From: an uncultured Actinomycetota bacterium
GTDB taxonomy: Bacteria; Actinomycetota; Actinomycetes; JAHEKZ01
Length of the DNA stretch: 64,000 bases
NCBI GenBank assembly: GCA_963718235.1
Contig: CAVQYR010000001.1
Coordinates: 2,144,001-2,208,000, forward strand
Direction of reading: 5' to 3'
Shown here: piece by piece, positions 54,533 through 64,000 of the stretch
Layout: every line of letters starts with the position of its first letter
Numbering within the stretch: the first letter of the stretch is position 1
Notes under the pieces: model-generated
What the model was told of the DNA's origin: nothing
Database searches by the model: none
What the model saw: only the letters and a program-made list of their open reading frames with translations
Translations under genes and position numbers: made by a program

Positions 54533-56176
54533 TCAGCCAGCACTTGTGCTGGCCGAGACCACACTCTGGCCCGAGGACGACGGCCGGTGACGGCGTTGTC
54601 GACGTCGCAAGAGCAGGCCGATCGTCAGGAGCATGACTCCCGGAATGCAGAAGACGGCCAGTGCGATCAGACCCGCCGTCGTGTCGACCCAGGTCATGGG
54701 CTTGCCTTGCGAGCTGATCACGACCTGGACCGTCTGCCGCGGCTGCCAGTCGCCGAGACACCGCGTCGTCCATGACGACGAACCATCAGCGCTGTCGACG
54801 AGGACGCACTGGTCGCCGACGCGGTTCTCCACGACGGCAGCCACCTGCCGGCCCGTCGCCAGCTGGTACACCAGCAGCGGCGTGCCGACGACGAGGAAGA
54901 GCGCGGGCAGCGCCACCAGCAGGGCGCCCAGGATCAGGAGCACGCGCACCGCCACGCTCGACCGCGGCCGGGGGGCAGGGGGTGTCACCGACGGCTCGGC
55001 GAAGCCGGCGAACTCGCCGGGAACCGGTGCGGCAGCCACGCTCACCTGGGGTGCTGCAATCGAGCTCCCAGGCTCAGGTGCACGGTGCAGGCCCGCTGGC
55101 GGGCTGTCGCTCAGCGCCACCGCCTCGCTGGTGCTGACCCGCCCGAGCTTCCACGGCCGCAGGGCTTCGTAGGCTACGTCGACCGGGATGCTCGCGCTGG
55201 CTAACCAGGCGTCCAGGATGTCGTACCGGCTCAAGGCCTTCTGCGCGATCGAGCTGCGGAAGGGCTGGAACCAGCCACCCTCGGTCTGCGAGAACACACC
55301 AAGCCGGATCCGCTCACCGGAGGTCAGCACCAGGGCAGGCACGAGGGTCCAGTACTGCCCGCTCTTGGTCGTCGTCTCGGACGCCTCGGCCGTGACGTGG
55401 TCGACGTCGGACCAGGCGTAGTGACCGGTGGTGAGGAACCCGCGGACGGTCAGCCCCTCACGTGACCAACGGACCGATCGCAGGCAGATCCGCACGACGA
55501 GGGCACCGGCAGCTGCGACCACGACGGCGTCGATGAGCGTCCTGCCGGCCAGACCCAGCCCTACGCGCTGAGCCATCGGGTCGAGCAGGACGGCGACGCC
55601 GAATGCCACGAAGGCGCCGACGACGCTGTAGATCACCCGCTCCCCCAGGACTCCGAAGGCCTTCGGTACTCCCGCGGGGAGCGGCGCTGCCAGAGCCCAG
55701 CGGTCACGGGGAACTGGCTGATCGTCGTCGCCGACCAGCGGCTGGGGAAGGGAGATCGGTGCTGCCGCGGCGCGCTCATGACGCCTGCTGTCGCTGCGCC
55801 GACGCCCAACCGTGCCCAGGGAGACAGCACCGACGGCGGCGAGGGCCAGCCACAGCCACAACAGCCCGGCGTCGAGCCCGGTCTCCAGCGGCCGGTGTGT
55901 CAACCCCCCGACGGAAATCGTCGCCGTCCAATCCACTCCCGTGCCCGCCGGGCAGGGCGCGGACATGACCAGTTCGGGGTCAACCTGGCTCTGGACCGTG
56001 CAGGTCGTGCCGTTCACGGCGGTGACAACCACCGGCTGGTCGGAGCCCCAACGGCGGTCCAGCGTGCGCACCCCCCACGCCAGCCCGGCGAGGACGAGCG
56101 CGATGACCCCGAGAATCACCAGGGCTCGGCTGGAGATTCCGCGGACGAACCGTGCCGGGCGAGTCGTGGTGGACAT
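54533..56176 (-). CDS. Multi-pass membrane protein with central bacterial PH-like domain
   Basis: EGLTVRGFLTTGHYAWSDV PH-like motif; about 6 TM; RBS GGAGG. Confidence 0.7.
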   Translation of the reverse strand: MSTTTRPARFVRGISSRALVILGVIALVLAGLAWGVRTLDRRWGSDQPVVVTAVNGTTCTVQSQVDPELVMSAPCPAGTGVDWTATISVGGLTHRPLETGLDAGLLWLWLALAAVGAVSLGTVGRRRSDSRRHERAAAAPISLPQPLVGDDDQPVPRDRWALAAPLPAGVPKAFGVLGERVIYSVVGAFVAFGVAVLLDPMAQRVGLGLAGRTLIDAVVVAAAGALVVRICLRSVRWSREGLTVRGFLTTGHYAWSDVDHVTAEASETTTKSGQYWTLVPALVLTSGERIRLGVFSQTEGGWFQPFRSSIAQKALSRYDILDAWLASASIPVDVAYEALRPWKLGRVSTSEAVALSDSPPAGLHRAPEPGSSIAAPQVSVAAAPVPGEFAGFAEPSVTPPAPRPRSSVAVRVLLILGALLVALPALFLVVGTPLLVYQLATGRQVAAVVENRVGDQCVLVDSADGSSSWTTRCLGDWQPRQTVQVVISSQGKPMTWVDTTAGLIALAVFCIPGVMLLTIGLLLRRRQRRHRPSSSGQSVVSASTSAG

Positions 56177-56295
56177 GGCTTCCTCCATCGCCATTTCTCC
56201 AAAGTCAGAGAAGCAGCGGGCGTGCCGTCGAGCCAGAGCCCGAAGTCCCGTGTCCCCCTCCGCGAGTCAAGTCCGCCGGGGTGGCGTACCGGATC

Positions 56296-57234
56296 TCAGA
56301 GGACTTGACCCCAGGTCGTGGACCGCCGCGCGGCCTCGTAGATCACACCGACCTCAGCGTCGTCGAGGACAGCCGGGCGATCGAGGAGCCACCGGCAGAT
56401 CTGCATCCGAGCGACGACCCAGACGTCCGATGGTTGTTCCTTGACGGTGAGCGAGTCCGCATTCACGAGGACGACTACCCCCATGGCCGGGACCGCGTGG
56501 CCCACCGCGTCCGCGAGTAGCTTGGATGCCCGCTGAGCCTCAAAACGACTGTGTCGGACGTAGTGCTGGTGGCGACCGTTGACCAGGAACCGGTCTCCGC
56601 ACACCCACACCCTGGCATCGCGGTGGTGCTTGGCGTTGAGTGTGAAGACTCCACCGGGACCGATCACGAGATGGTCGATGTCCGAGCCGCGGGCGCCGAC
56701 CGGGATCGCGTGGATGGCCCGCCATCGGGGGTCCTTCTTGACCACCTTGGCAAGCTGGGCTGACACCTTCTCCTCGCCGTCTGCCCCGATCCGCCAAGCC
56801 CGCTCCTCGGTGTGGACTCCGAGCAGCCGAGCGGCGAGGGTCCGCATGGGCGCGGCCTCTCGCTCCGCGACCGCCTGAGCGCGGGCGGCCGCACCGGCCC
56901 GGGTCAGGGCAAGGTCGGCCCATCCAGGCTCGTCCGTACGGCTCGGTACGACCTCTGCAGGCGGTCGCGTGACCGAGCTGATCGTCCCTGTCGCCGCCTG
57001 CGGCATCTGTGTCGGCGTGGTCGAGGGCGCCCTCTCGTCAGACGCCGACGCCTCCGACGGCCACAGCGGGTGCTCGCCCAGCGCGGAATGCAGCTGATCG
57101 ACCAACGACGGCGCCGTGACGGTCACACCGCCCGTTCGCAGATCACCCCAGCCGACAGGGTCACCGGCCAGCGTCTTCACGTACAGCCGGTCATGGCCGT
57201 ACTTCGTCCAACGCACAACACTGAGCGACCCCAC
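56296..57234 (-). CDS. NERD nuclease-related domain protein
   Basis: WRIGADGEEKV, DIDHLVIGPGGVFTLNAK; N-terminal RWTKYGHDRLYV. Confidence 0.88.
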   Translation of the reverse strand: MGSLSVVRWTKYGHDRLYVKTLAGDPVGWGDLRTGGVTVTAPSLVDQLHSALGEHPLWPSEASASDERAPSTTPTQMPQAATGTISSVTRPPAEVVPSRTDEPGWADLALTRAGAAARAQAVAEREAAPMRTLAARLLGVHTEERAWRIGADGEEKVSAQLAKVVKKDPRWRAIHAIPVGARGSDIDHLVIGPGGVFTLNAKHHRDARVWVCGDRFLVNGRHQHYVRHSRFEAQRASKLLADAVGHAVPAMGVVVLVNADSLTVKEQPSDVWVVARMQICRWLLDRPAVLDDAEVGVIYEAARRSTTWGQVL

Positions 57235-57243
57235 ACCCTGTGA

Positions 57244-57261
57244 TCGGGTTCCGGAACCCGA
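57244..57261. promoter_or_regulatory. Perfect 18-bp palindrome in divergent promoter region
   Basis: TCGGGTTCC|GGAACCCGA. Confidence 0.55.
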
Positions 57262-57339
57262 AGATTGAGCGCTCCGCCGGCGGCATCACAGGCAACCGCT
57301 ACTAGCTTCTCCTGCCTCCAGCTGTGAAGCTGTCTGACC

Positions 57340-57894
57340 GTGGCGGACAGGTACACGCGCTTCGCGCGCTCGGACCTCTCCTCCACGGATATCGCGGAGC
57401 TCGGTCAGGTCGACCAGCTGGCAGATCGGCTGCGCCGCTACCTCGACGAACGAACCAAAGACATCGCGGCCGTCCACGTCTTCGGCGCCCAGAGCCGAGC
57501 GGTCCAGGGCCTCGTTGGCAACCTGCTGCGTGACCAGCTCGGCTTCGGCGAGGAGCGAGTCATCCCCGCTGACGGGGGTCTAGTCACCCAAGCGAGGCCG
57601 GACTTCTTCTACCGTCTCTCGGAGGACAGCGGGATCATCGCCGAAGTCGAGCGTGGCGGCACCACGACGAACAACCACGACCTCAAGGACTTGTGAAAGG
57701 CACACATCTCGCCCGACGCTCGGCACCTGTTTCTCGTCGTGCCGGTGACGAACACCAATGAGGAGGGGCGGGTTCGGGAGCATCCCTTCCGGGCGGTGAG
57801 CCGGCGGATGGCGACCTTCTTCGGGGATCCCCGCCGTGAGGTGGACGTCGTCAGCGTCCACGTCTTCGGCTACGGCGCCAGGGAGAATGCGTAG
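57340..57894 (+). pseudogene. PD-(D/E)XK / restriction-endonuclease-like protein with in-frame TGA at 57694-57696
   Basis: RPDFF...IIAEVERG; same frame resumes KAHISPDARHLFLVVP and ends at TAG 57892-57894. Confidence 0.65.
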
Positions 57895-57940
57895 GAGTAC
57901 GCGTCCGAGTCGGAAAGCGGCAGGTCAGCGGCGCTGGATC

Positions 57941-58642
57941 TCACCATCGGGCCAGGCCAGGGACGTCGAACCCACCCCACGCGTTGGCCCTCCGGTCCGG
58001 CAGCGGGTAGATGGTCTTCGACCGCACTTTCGTCCAGCCACCACGGTCCCACTGGTAGGTGACCAGCCTGCCCTTGAAGGGGCTCGTGGTGTCACCGACC
58101 CGCTCGGCTGAACGCCGCGTGATCATCCCCGCCGGGTCCACGGCTCGACGCTGCCAGCCGTTGGAGATCCAGACGGCCCGGTCGATCATCCAGTACCGCT
58201 CCCGGCCCGGAGCGTCGAGCGTCCGGAGTCCGTCCCCACGCCAGGTGAGCGCTCGGTAGAGCTGGGCGTGCGCTCCCATCGTCTGACCGACAACGATCTC
58301 GTGGCCCGGCCGCCCGTCCAGCAGGGCTGTTCCCTGCCAGAAGGGTCCGATCCAGAACGCAGCTGACGGTCGGACCGTGACGATGTGGTCGGCACTCGTC
58401 TTGACGCGAACGATGACTCGTCGATTGGCCCCGTGTCCACGACTCGCGAGCCCCACGGCGTCCTTGTGTCCGTCCCCGTCGACGTCGACGTGGGCCTTCA
58501 CGATGCACCCGGCAACACCTGAGCAAACGCCCGGAGCAGCCGTCGCGACCTGAGCCGTCGACGATGTGGGGAGGGGCGCCAGGACCAGCCCTGTCACAGC
58601 GAGCACAGCCAGTGTCGTACGCACGAACACCTCCCCTGCCAT
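57941..58642 (-). CDS. Secreted protein with DxDGDG (FG-GAP/Ca-binding-like) motif
   Basis: Signal peptide; DVDGDGHKD, LDGRPGHEIVV. Confidence 0.7.
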   Translation of the reverse strand: MAGEVFVRTTLAVLAVTGLVLAPLPTSSTAQVATAAPGVCSGVAGCIVKAHVDVDGDGHKDAVGLASRGHGANRRVIVRVKTSADHIVTVRPSAAFWIGPFWQGTALLDGRPGHEIVVGQTMGAHAQLYRALTWRGDGLRTLDAPGRERYWMIDRAVWISNGWQRRAVDPAGMITRRSAERVGDTTSPFKGRLVTYQWDRGGWTKVRSKTIYPLPDRRANAWGGFDVPGLARW

Positions 58643-58763
58643 TCCCAGTCAAGCGCGTGCTCGTGGCCCGGGCCAGGGTCCCTCGTCACGAGTCCCTCGC
58701 AACACTCAGCCCAACTGATCAAGGCAACCGTAGCGATCGGATCTCACAATCCAGTGGAAGCGC

Positions 58764-58794
58764 GAGGGGCTGGCGTCTGGCACGCCAGCCCCTC
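58764..58794 (-). terminator. Hairpin terminator after nrdJ
   Basis: 13-bp stem GAGGGGCTGGCGT / ACGCCAGCCCCTC. Confidence 0.75.
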
Positions 58795-58816
58795 CTCACC
58801 CAGTCCGAGGGATGCC

Positions 58817-61729
58817 TCAGCTGCAGCCGCTGGTGGCGCCACACCCTTCGCAGACGTAGCAGGAGCCTGCTGGACGCATCTTGGTGCCGCAGGTGAAGCA
58901 CATCGGAGCGTCGGACGCGGTTCCCTGCAGCGCCTCGAGCAGCTCGGTCGAGGAGTGTGCCCCCGTGACCTGCCTGCCTGAGGACTCGATGACCTCGTCG
59001 TCGGTCTTCTCGAGGTGCTCAACGACCGGGGCTGACTGTGCCAGCGTGTCCAGCTCGGCCTGGACGTCGGGGTCAGGACCGGGGAAGTCGTTCCCGTCGT
59101 CCAGCTCCTCGTACGATCCGGTCTCCAGGTAGCGCGTGCGCTCCTCGGCGGTGTAGATGCCCAGCGCCGAGCGCGACTCGTAGGGCAGGTAGTCCAGCGA
59201 CAGCCGCCGGAAGATGTAGTCCATGATCGACTGCGCCATCCGCACGTCGGCGTCATCGGTCAGACCCGCCGGGTCGAAGCGCATGTTCACGAACTTCTGC
59301 ACGTAGGTCTCGAGCGGGACGCCGTACTGCAGGCCGATCGACACCGCGATCGAGAAGGCGTCCATCATCCCGGCCAGGGTCGAGCCCTGCTTGGACATCT
59401 TCAGGAAGATCTCGCCCAGGCCGTCGTCGGGGTAGCGCGAGGCCGTCATGTAGCCCTCGGCGCCGCCGACCGAGAACGACGTGGTCGTCGCCGGGCGGTT
59501 CTTCGGCAGCCGCTTGCGCGTGGGCCGGTACTCGATGGTCGGGGCCACCGGTGCGGCCTCGGCCTTGACACCGTTGTCACGGCTGGTGCCCTTGGCGTCG
59601 GACAGCGGCTGGCCCACCTTGCAGTTGTCGCGGTAGATCGCCAGGGCCTTCAGACCGAGCTTCCAGCCCTGGAAGTAGATCTCCTCGATCTCCTCCACCG
59701 TCGCGGTCTCCGACATGTTCACCGTCTTGGAGATCGCCCCGGACAGGAACGGCTGCACCGCAGCCATCATCCGCACGTGGCCCATGGGAGCGATCGTGCG
59801 CGCCCCCATGGCGCAGTCGAACACCGTGTAGTGCTCGGGCTTGAGCCCCGGTGCGTCGATGACGTTGCCGTGCTGGCTGATGTGCTCGACGATCGCCTCG
59901 ATCGTCTCCTGGGTGTAGCCGAGCCGGTGCAGGGCCCGCGGCACGGTCTGGTTGACGATCTGCAGCGAGCCGCCGCCGACCAGCTTCTTGAACTTCACCA
60001 GCGCCAGGTCGGGCTCGATGCCGGTGGTGTCGCAGTCCATCATCAGACCGATGGTGCCGGTCGGGGCGAGCACCGACGCCTGGGAGTTGCGGTACCCGTT
60101 GGCCTCCCCGAGGGTGATGACGTCGCTCCACACCTGCGTGGCCACGACGTGGACGTCCTTGTCGAGCGAGCCATGGGTGCGCACCGAGTCGTTGGCTGCG
60201 GCGTGCTTGCGCATGACCCGCTTGTGCGCCTCGGAGTTGCGGGCGTAGCCCTCGTAGGGGCCGACCACGCCGGCCAGCTCGGCCGAGCGGCGATACGCAG
60301 TACCGGTCATCAGTGAGGTGATCGACGCCGCAAGCGCCCGGCCGGCCTCGCTGTCGTAGGCCAGGCCTGAGGCCATGAGCAGCGCCCCGAGGTTGGCGTA
60401 GCCGATGCCCAGCTGACGGAACTTGCGCGTGGTGTCACCGATCGCCTCGGTCGGGAAGTCGGCGAAACAGATCGAGATGTCCATCGCGGTGATGACCAGC
60501 TCGACCACCTTGGTGAAGGTCGGTGCGTCGAAGGTGTCGTCGTCGCGCAGGAACTTCAGCAGGTTGATCGAGGCCAGGTTGCAGCTGGAGTTGTCCAGGT
60601 GCATGTACTCGCTGCACGGGTTGGACGCGGTGATCCGGCCGGACTCCGGGCAGGTGTGCCAGTCGTTGATCGTGCCGTCGTACTGGATGCCGGGGTCGGC
60701 GCACGACCAGGCGGCCTGGCTGATCTTGCGGAACAGCTCACGGGCGTCGACGGTGTCGATCACCGAGCCGTCGGCCCGGGCGCGCAGCCCGAACGGCGCG
60801 CCGTCCTCGACCGCGTGCATGAACTCGTCATTGACCCGCACCGAGTTGTTGGCGTTCTGGTACTGGACGCTGGTGATGTCCTTGCCACCGAGGTCCATGT
60901 CGAAGCCGGCGTCACGCAGCGCGTGGATCTTGGCCTCCTCGCGGGCCTTGGTCTCGACGAACTCCTCGATGTCGGGGTGGTCGACGTCGAGCACGACCAT
61001 CTTGGCCGCGCGGCGCGTGGCGCCCCCGGACTTGATCGTTCCGGCCGCTGCGTCGGCCCCGCGCATGAAGGACACCGGGCCGCTCGCGGTGCCGCCTGAG
61101 GACAGCAGCTCCTTGCTGGAACGGATCCGGGACAGGTTGAGCCCGGCACCGGAGCCGCCCTTGAAGATCAGGCCCTCCTCGCGGTACCAGTTCAGGATCG
61201 AGTCCATGGTGTCGTCGACGGCGAGAATGAAGCACGCAGAAACTTGCGCCTTTGACGGAGTGCCGACGTTGAACCACACCGGGCTGTTGAAGCTGAACAC
61301 CTGGTGCAGCAACATCCAGGTGAGCTCGTGCTCGAAGATCTCCGCGTCGGACGGCGTGGCGAAGTAGTCGTGCTGCTCGCCGGCGGCCCGGTAGGTCTTG
61401 ACCACGCGGTCGATCAGCTGGCGCAGGCTCCACTCGCGGGTGTCGCTGCCGACCGCCCCGCGGAAGTACTTGGTGGTGACGATCGTGGAGGAGATGACCG
61501 ACCAGAAGTCGGGGAACTCGACCCCACGCTGCTCGAACACCGACTCGCCGGTCTTCCAGTTGGTCTGCACGACGTCACGCCGCTCCCAGACCACCTCGTC
61601 GTAGGGGTGGATGCCAGGGGTCGTGAAGATGCGTTCCATCGCCAGGCCCTTCCGGATGATCTCCGGTCGGTCGTTCGATGGCTCGCCGCTGTCGGTGTGC
61701 TGCGGCGAACCGCTCACCATTTCGGTCAT
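58817..61729 (-). CDS. nrdJ: Vitamin B12-dependent (class II) ribonucleotide reductase
   Basis: FNSPVWFN, SACFI, TRRAAKM, SNPCSE, LAPTGT, C-terminal TSCPD-type domain and Cys4 ribbon. Confidence 0.96.
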   Translation of the reverse strand: MTEMVSGSPQHTDSGEPSNDRPEIIRKGLAMERIFTTPGIHPYDEVVWERRDVVQTNWKTGESVFEQRGVEFPDFWSVISSTIVTTKYFRGAVGSDTREWSLRQLIDRVVKTYRAAGEQHDYFATPSDAEIFEHELTWMLLHQVFSFNSPVWFNVGTPSKAQVSACFILAVDDTMDSILNWYREEGLIFKGGSGAGLNLSRIRSSKELLSSGGTASGPVSFMRGADAAAGTIKSGGATRRAAKMVVLDVDHPDIEEFVETKAREEAKIHALRDAGFDMDLGGKDITSVQYQNANNSVRVNDEFMHAVEDGAPFGLRARADGSVIDTVDARELFRKISQAAWSCADPGIQYDGTINDWHTCPESGRITASNPCSEYMHLDNSSCNLASINLLKFLRDDDTFDAPTFTKVVELVITAMDISICFADFPTEAIGDTTRKFRQLGIGYANLGALLMASGLAYDSEAGRALAASITSLMTGTAYRRSAELAGVVGPYEGYARNSEAHKRVMRKHAAANDSVRTHGSLDKDVHVVATQVWSDVITLGEANGYRNSQASVLAPTGTIGLMMDCDTTGIEPDLALVKFKKLVGGGSLQIVNQTVPRALHRLGYTQETIEAIVEHISQHGNVIDAPGLKPEHYTVFDCAMGARTIAPMGHVRMMAAVQPFLSGAISKTVNMSETATVEEIEEIYFQGWKLGLKALAIYRDNCKVGQPLSDAKGTSRDNGVKAEAAPVAPTIEYRPTRKRLPKNRPATTTSFSVGGAEGYMTASRYPDDGLGEIFLKMSKQGSTLAGMMDAFSIAVSIGLQYGVPLETYVQKFVNMRFDPAGLTDDADVRMAQSIMDYIFRRLSLDYLPYESRSALGIYTAEERTRYLETGSYEELDDGNDFPGPDPDVQAELDTLAQSAPVVEHLEKTDDEVIESSGRQVTGAHSSTELLEALQGTASDAPMCFTCGTKMRPAGSCYVCEGCGATSGCS

Positions 61730-61804
61730 CTGCTGATGTCCTCCTCATGGACAACGAACTGCTCGGTACCGGACTTCCCTGCCGGCCGGGGGTTGGGGGC
61801 CCGA

Positions 61805-62290
61805 CTACGGGCGTGGGGTGGGCTCGGGCTCGCGCCCGATCGGTTCACGTTCGGCGCGCAGCAGCGTGACCTCGGCCTCGAAGTCCTCCAGGGACTCAAA
61901 GCTTCGGTAGACCGAGGCGAACCGCAGGTAGGCCACCTCGTCGAGCTCGCGCAACGGGCCCAGGATCGCCAGGCCCACCTCGTGGCTGTCGATCTCGGCG
62001 CTGCCGGCGGCCCGGACGGTCTCCTCGACCTGCTGGGCGAGCACGGCCAGGTCGTCGTCGCTGACCGGGCGCCCCTGGCAGGCCTTGCGGACCCCGGAGA
62101 CCACCTTGGCCCGGCTGAACGGCTCGGTGGCCCCGGACCGCTTGACCACGACCAGGGTGGCCGTCTCGGCGGTGGTGAACCGGCGCCCGCACTGGGCGCA
62201 CTGCCGGCGCCGGCGGATCGAGGTGCCGTCGTCGGCGACCCGGGAGTCGACCACCCGGGTGTCCTCGGCGCGGCAGAACGGGCAGTGCAT
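61805..62290 (-). CDS. nrdR: Transcriptional repressor NrdR
   Basis: MHCPFC, IRRRRQC..C, ATP-cone [15 protein letters not shown]. Confidence 0.97.
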   Translation of the reverse strand: MHCPFCRAEDTRVVDSRVADDGTSIRRRRQCAQCGRRFTTAETATLVVVKRSGATEPFSRAKVVSGVRKACQGRPVSDDDLAVLAQQVEETVRAAGSAEIDSHEVGLAILGPLRELDEVAYLRFASVYRSFESLEDFEAEVTLLRAEREPIGREPEPTPRP

Positions 62291-62425
62291 CGCTGCCGCC
62301 TCCTCGCGCTCGGGGTCTGGTTCTGGGCTGGTGCCGCCGGGGGAACGGGGCTCCCTGGACGCCGTCACGAGGCCGGGCTGGGGATACCGCTGGGGATCTC
62401 CTGGGGAGAACCTGTGGGTGACCAA

Positions 62426-62473
62426 CCACAATCTGTGGATGACTTACAGGGATGTAACTACTAGATGTGGGGG
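62426..62473 (-). promoter_or_regulatory. Tandem NrdR boxes
   Basis: Minus strand CCCCCACATCTAGTAG (62473-62458) and CATCCACAGATTGTGG (62441-62426), 32 bp apart; fit acaCwAtATaTwGtgt. Confidence 0.8.
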
Positions 62474-62603
62474 TACCGTACGCGCCCTGGCCGACCAGAT
62501 CAAGGGGCCGGGCCGATCTCGTCTGCGGTCGGCGTGTCGCGCGCTCACGCCCCGCTCAGGAACCCGTGACTGCCGGGGCGACGGTGCCCGCACCGGCCGT
62601 GGC

Positions 62604-63003
62604 TCAGGCCGGGACGAGCAGCGACTGTCCGGCCACGACGCCGGTGTCGGACAACGCGTTGAGGTCGATGATCCGGGCGACCGTCTCCCGCGGGTCGGTG
62701 TCGGGGTCGACCGCGACCGCCACGGTCCACAGCGTCTCGCCGGGCTGGACCACCCAGGTCGTGGCCACCGGAGCCGAGCTGGACGACGTGCCCGCCGGCG
62801 GGCGTGGGCTCGGCCTGGGCCCAGACCCGCCCGGCCGAGATCAGGGCGAACACCGCCACCGTGAGCAGCACCAGGACGACCAGTCGGCCTCGACGGGTCA
62901 GCCGAAGGGAAGCCGGCTGGGCCGGCGCCACGGCGACGGCGTGGGCCGCTTCGTCGGCTGGGCCGGACGGGCGGGTCGGGTGCTCGGCGAGGGTGTGGCT
63001 CAT
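62604..63003 (-). CDS. LysM-domain SOS cell-division inhibitor (ChiZ/YneA-like); frameshift near 62795
   Basis: LRLTRRGR + TM; then VVQPGETLWTVA..DPRETVARIIDLN..GQSLLVP in another frame; divergent from lexA. Confidence 0.88.
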
Positions 63004-63044
63004 GGTCGGCTCCTGCGGTGCTGGTGCGGGCTTTCGGGGGAAGG

Positions 63045-63154
63045 TCGAACGACTGTTCGATCGAACGCCTGTACGAGTTGTACCCCAGGATCGAGCGGGA
63101 AGTCCAGCCTTTCCGGGCGACACGCTCGTACAGGTGTTTGAAACCTTTGTTCGA
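63045..63154. promoter_or_regulatory. Four LexA (SOS) boxes
   Basis: TCGAACGACTGTTCGA 63045, TCGAACGCCTGTACGA 63061, TCGTACAGGTGTTTGA 63126, TGAAACCTTTGTTCGA 63139; actinobacterial consensus TCGAAC-N4-GTTCGA. Confidence 0.9.
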
Positions 63155-63257
63155 GTGCGGCTACTGTCCTGACCAGAGTGATCGAGGGGTCTGACAGTTC
63201 CGCGGCCGAGGCTGACCGGCGGGCCAGGCTCCTGCCGAGGCAAGTGGCGGAGGCGAC

Positions 63258-64000
63258 ATGAGCACCAGCGACACCAACACCCCGCGGGCGACCCCCACCG
63301 AGGGGAAGCCGGTCGACGGGCCTGTCGACGGGTCGGCCGACGTCGTGTCGATCCCGGACGGGCCGGCCGACTCGGTGGGGCTGACCGCCCGCCAGCGCCG
63401 GGTGCTCGACTTCATCAGCGAGTCCGTAGAGCGCCGCGGCTACCCGCCGTCCATGCGTGAGATCGGTGAGGCGGTCGGGCTCACCAGCCCCAGCAGCGTG
63501 TCCCACCAGCTCACCGCGCTGGAGCGCAAGGGCTACCTGCGCCGCGACGCCAACCGCCCCCGGGCGATCGAGGTGGTCTCCCCCGACCCGGCCGAGCCCG
63601 GCTACGACGTCACCGGCGTGGGCGACGACCGGCCCGCGCCCTCCTACGTGCCCGTGGTCGGGCGGATCGCCGCCGGCGGCCCGATCCTGGCCGAGGAGGC
63701 GATCGACGACGTCTTCCCGCTGCCCCGCCAGCTGGTCGGCGACGGCAACCTGTTCCTGCTCAAGGTGATCGGCGACTCGATGGTCGACGCCGCCATCTGT
63801 GACGGCGACTGGGTGGTCGTGCGCCAGCAGCCCAACGCTGACAACGGCGACATCGTGGCGGCCATGCTCGACCACGAGGCCACGGTCAAGACCTACAAGC
63901 GCCGCGATGGCCACGTGTGGCTGATGCCGCACAACCCCGCCTACGAGCCGATCCTCGGCGACGACGCGACCGTGCTCGGCCGGGTCGTGGCCGTGCTACG
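63258..64000 (+). CDS. lexA: SOS repressor LexA (runs off window end; absent from ORF track)
   Basis: Translated by hand: [28 protein letters not shown] (Ala-Gly site), GDSM, ATVK. Confidence 0.96.
   Translation, partial: MSTSDTNTPRATPTEGKPVDGPVDGSADVVSIPDGPADSVGLTARQRRVLDFISESVERRGYPPSMREIGEAVGLTSPSSVSHQLTALERKGYLRRDANRPRAIEVVSPDPAEPGYDVTGVGDDRPAPSYVPVVGRIAAGGPILAEEAIDDVFPLPRQLVGDGNLFLLKVIGDSMVDAAICDGDWVVVRQQPNADNGDIVAAMLDHEATVKTYKRRDGHVWLMPHNPAYEPILGDDATVLGRVVAVL

Noticed and set aside
58817-62500. Cobalamin riboswitch or intein at nrdJ
   Set aside because: No B12-box visible. The protein has ordinary length and continuity, and NrdR boxes explain the regulation.

Overview
High-GC actinobacterial (Actinomycetes-type) chromosomal window. 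The right end is the conserved lexA / LysM (ChiZ-like) / nrdR / nrdJ locus with clear SOS and NrdR boxes. The rest is a long accessory-gene region: DeaD helicase, furA-katG, S8 peptidase, amidase and DmpA, P-type ATPase, ABC exporter plus Hsp20, SbtAB-like transporter, GT2, WS/DGAT, arylsulfatase, two STAND-type class III nucleotide cyclases, a toxin-antitoxin pair and divergent nuclease-like genes. About 11 single-base frameshifts, mostly in G/C homopolymers, suggest an unpolished long-read assembly, so split genes are treated as probably intact. I saw no rRNA, tRNA, CRISPR array or transposase. The best candidates for new biology are: (1) a three-part module at 26079-27709 with a tandem CGTCAAG-N5-CTTGACG operator, an HTH-less paralog of a small HTH protein, a C45 Ntn-hydrolase and the HTH protein itself; (2) two NLR-like cyclases with non-canonical base-specifying residues flanking a hybrid TA system; (3) a divergent NERD / orphan PD-(D/E)XK pair with an 18-bp palindrome and an in-frame TGA. 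All family calls come from motif recognition by eye; no searches were run.
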